Positions 63,985 to 64,000 of a stretch of DNA of 64,000 nucleotides are shown here, in pieces. The stretch is from assembly GCA_965659685.1 (NCBI GenBank), contig CBFHXB010000007.1:29314-93313 (forward strand), written 5' to 3'. This stretch comes from Candidatus Poseidoniaceae archaeon. GTDB lineage: Archaea > Thermoplasmatota > Poseidoniia > Poseidoniales > Poseidoniaceae. Within the stretch, counting starts at the first letter, position 1, and each line of letters opens with the position of its first letter. Under the pieces are notes generated by a model. It was not told the origin of the DNA. It was given only the letters and a program-made list of their open reading frames with translations, and searched no databases. The position numbers and the translations under genes are program-made.

Positions 63985-64000
63985 GGTCGGTTGGACCGGC

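Overview
This is a high-GC (~64%) archaeal chromosomal segment. Archaeal identity rests on Orc1/Cdc6, PCNA, transcription factor S, an HTH_10 (bat-type) regulator, an archaeal-type PPAT fused to a DUF359 dephospho-CoA kinase, a class I archaeal aldolase and a 2-phosphoglycerate-kinase-like P-loop protein. The window contains several blocks:

- 1.2-8.1 kb: an acyl-CoA/aromatic-CoA catabolic cluster (aldehyde dehydrogenase, enoyl-CoA hydratase, 3-hydroxyacyl-CoA dehydrogenase, DMT transporter, PaaA/BoxB-like diiron oxygenase). It is interrupted by a ~1 kb low-GC island that carries a single lipoprotein gene.
- 8.8-13 kb: a stand-alone biotin carboxylase, a DUF2493/SLOG protein, a CysJ-like FAD/NADPH reductase and an MBL-fold hydrolase.
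- 13 kb: orc1/cdc6, with an inverted-repeat/TATAAA element in its upstream intergenic region.
- 20.6-26.8 kb: a metabolic block (class I aldolase, enoyl-CoA hydratase, FAD oxidoreductase, moaE-moaC, glpX, pfkB).
- 30.9-40.1 kb and 52.2-57.8 kb: very large secreted proteins with C-terminal TM anchors — a 1945-aa surface protein, and a 1860-aa S8 subtilase with ~15 thrombospondin-type-3-like Ca-binding repeats — plus an M28 peptidase and an ABC exporter.
- 40.2-50.6 kb (headline): a tightly coupled operon fabI - 2929-aa type I PKS/PUFA-synthase-like megasynthase (KS-AT-ACP-like-KS-3xACP-KR-DH) - Sfp-type phosphopantetheinyl transferase. This is bacterial-type polyketide/fatty-acyl assembly machinery with host-like composition in an archaeal genome. 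All three tandem ACP domains carry Thr instead of the canonical phosphopantetheine-acceptor Ser.

Other RNA and notable genes: one tRNA-Gly(TCC) is present; no rRNA, CRISPR or transposase was seen. A PPAT-DUF359 fusion, a divergent TBP-like protein, an EF-Tu-like protein with a degenerate G domain and an AT-rich palindromic divergent promoter region are also reported.
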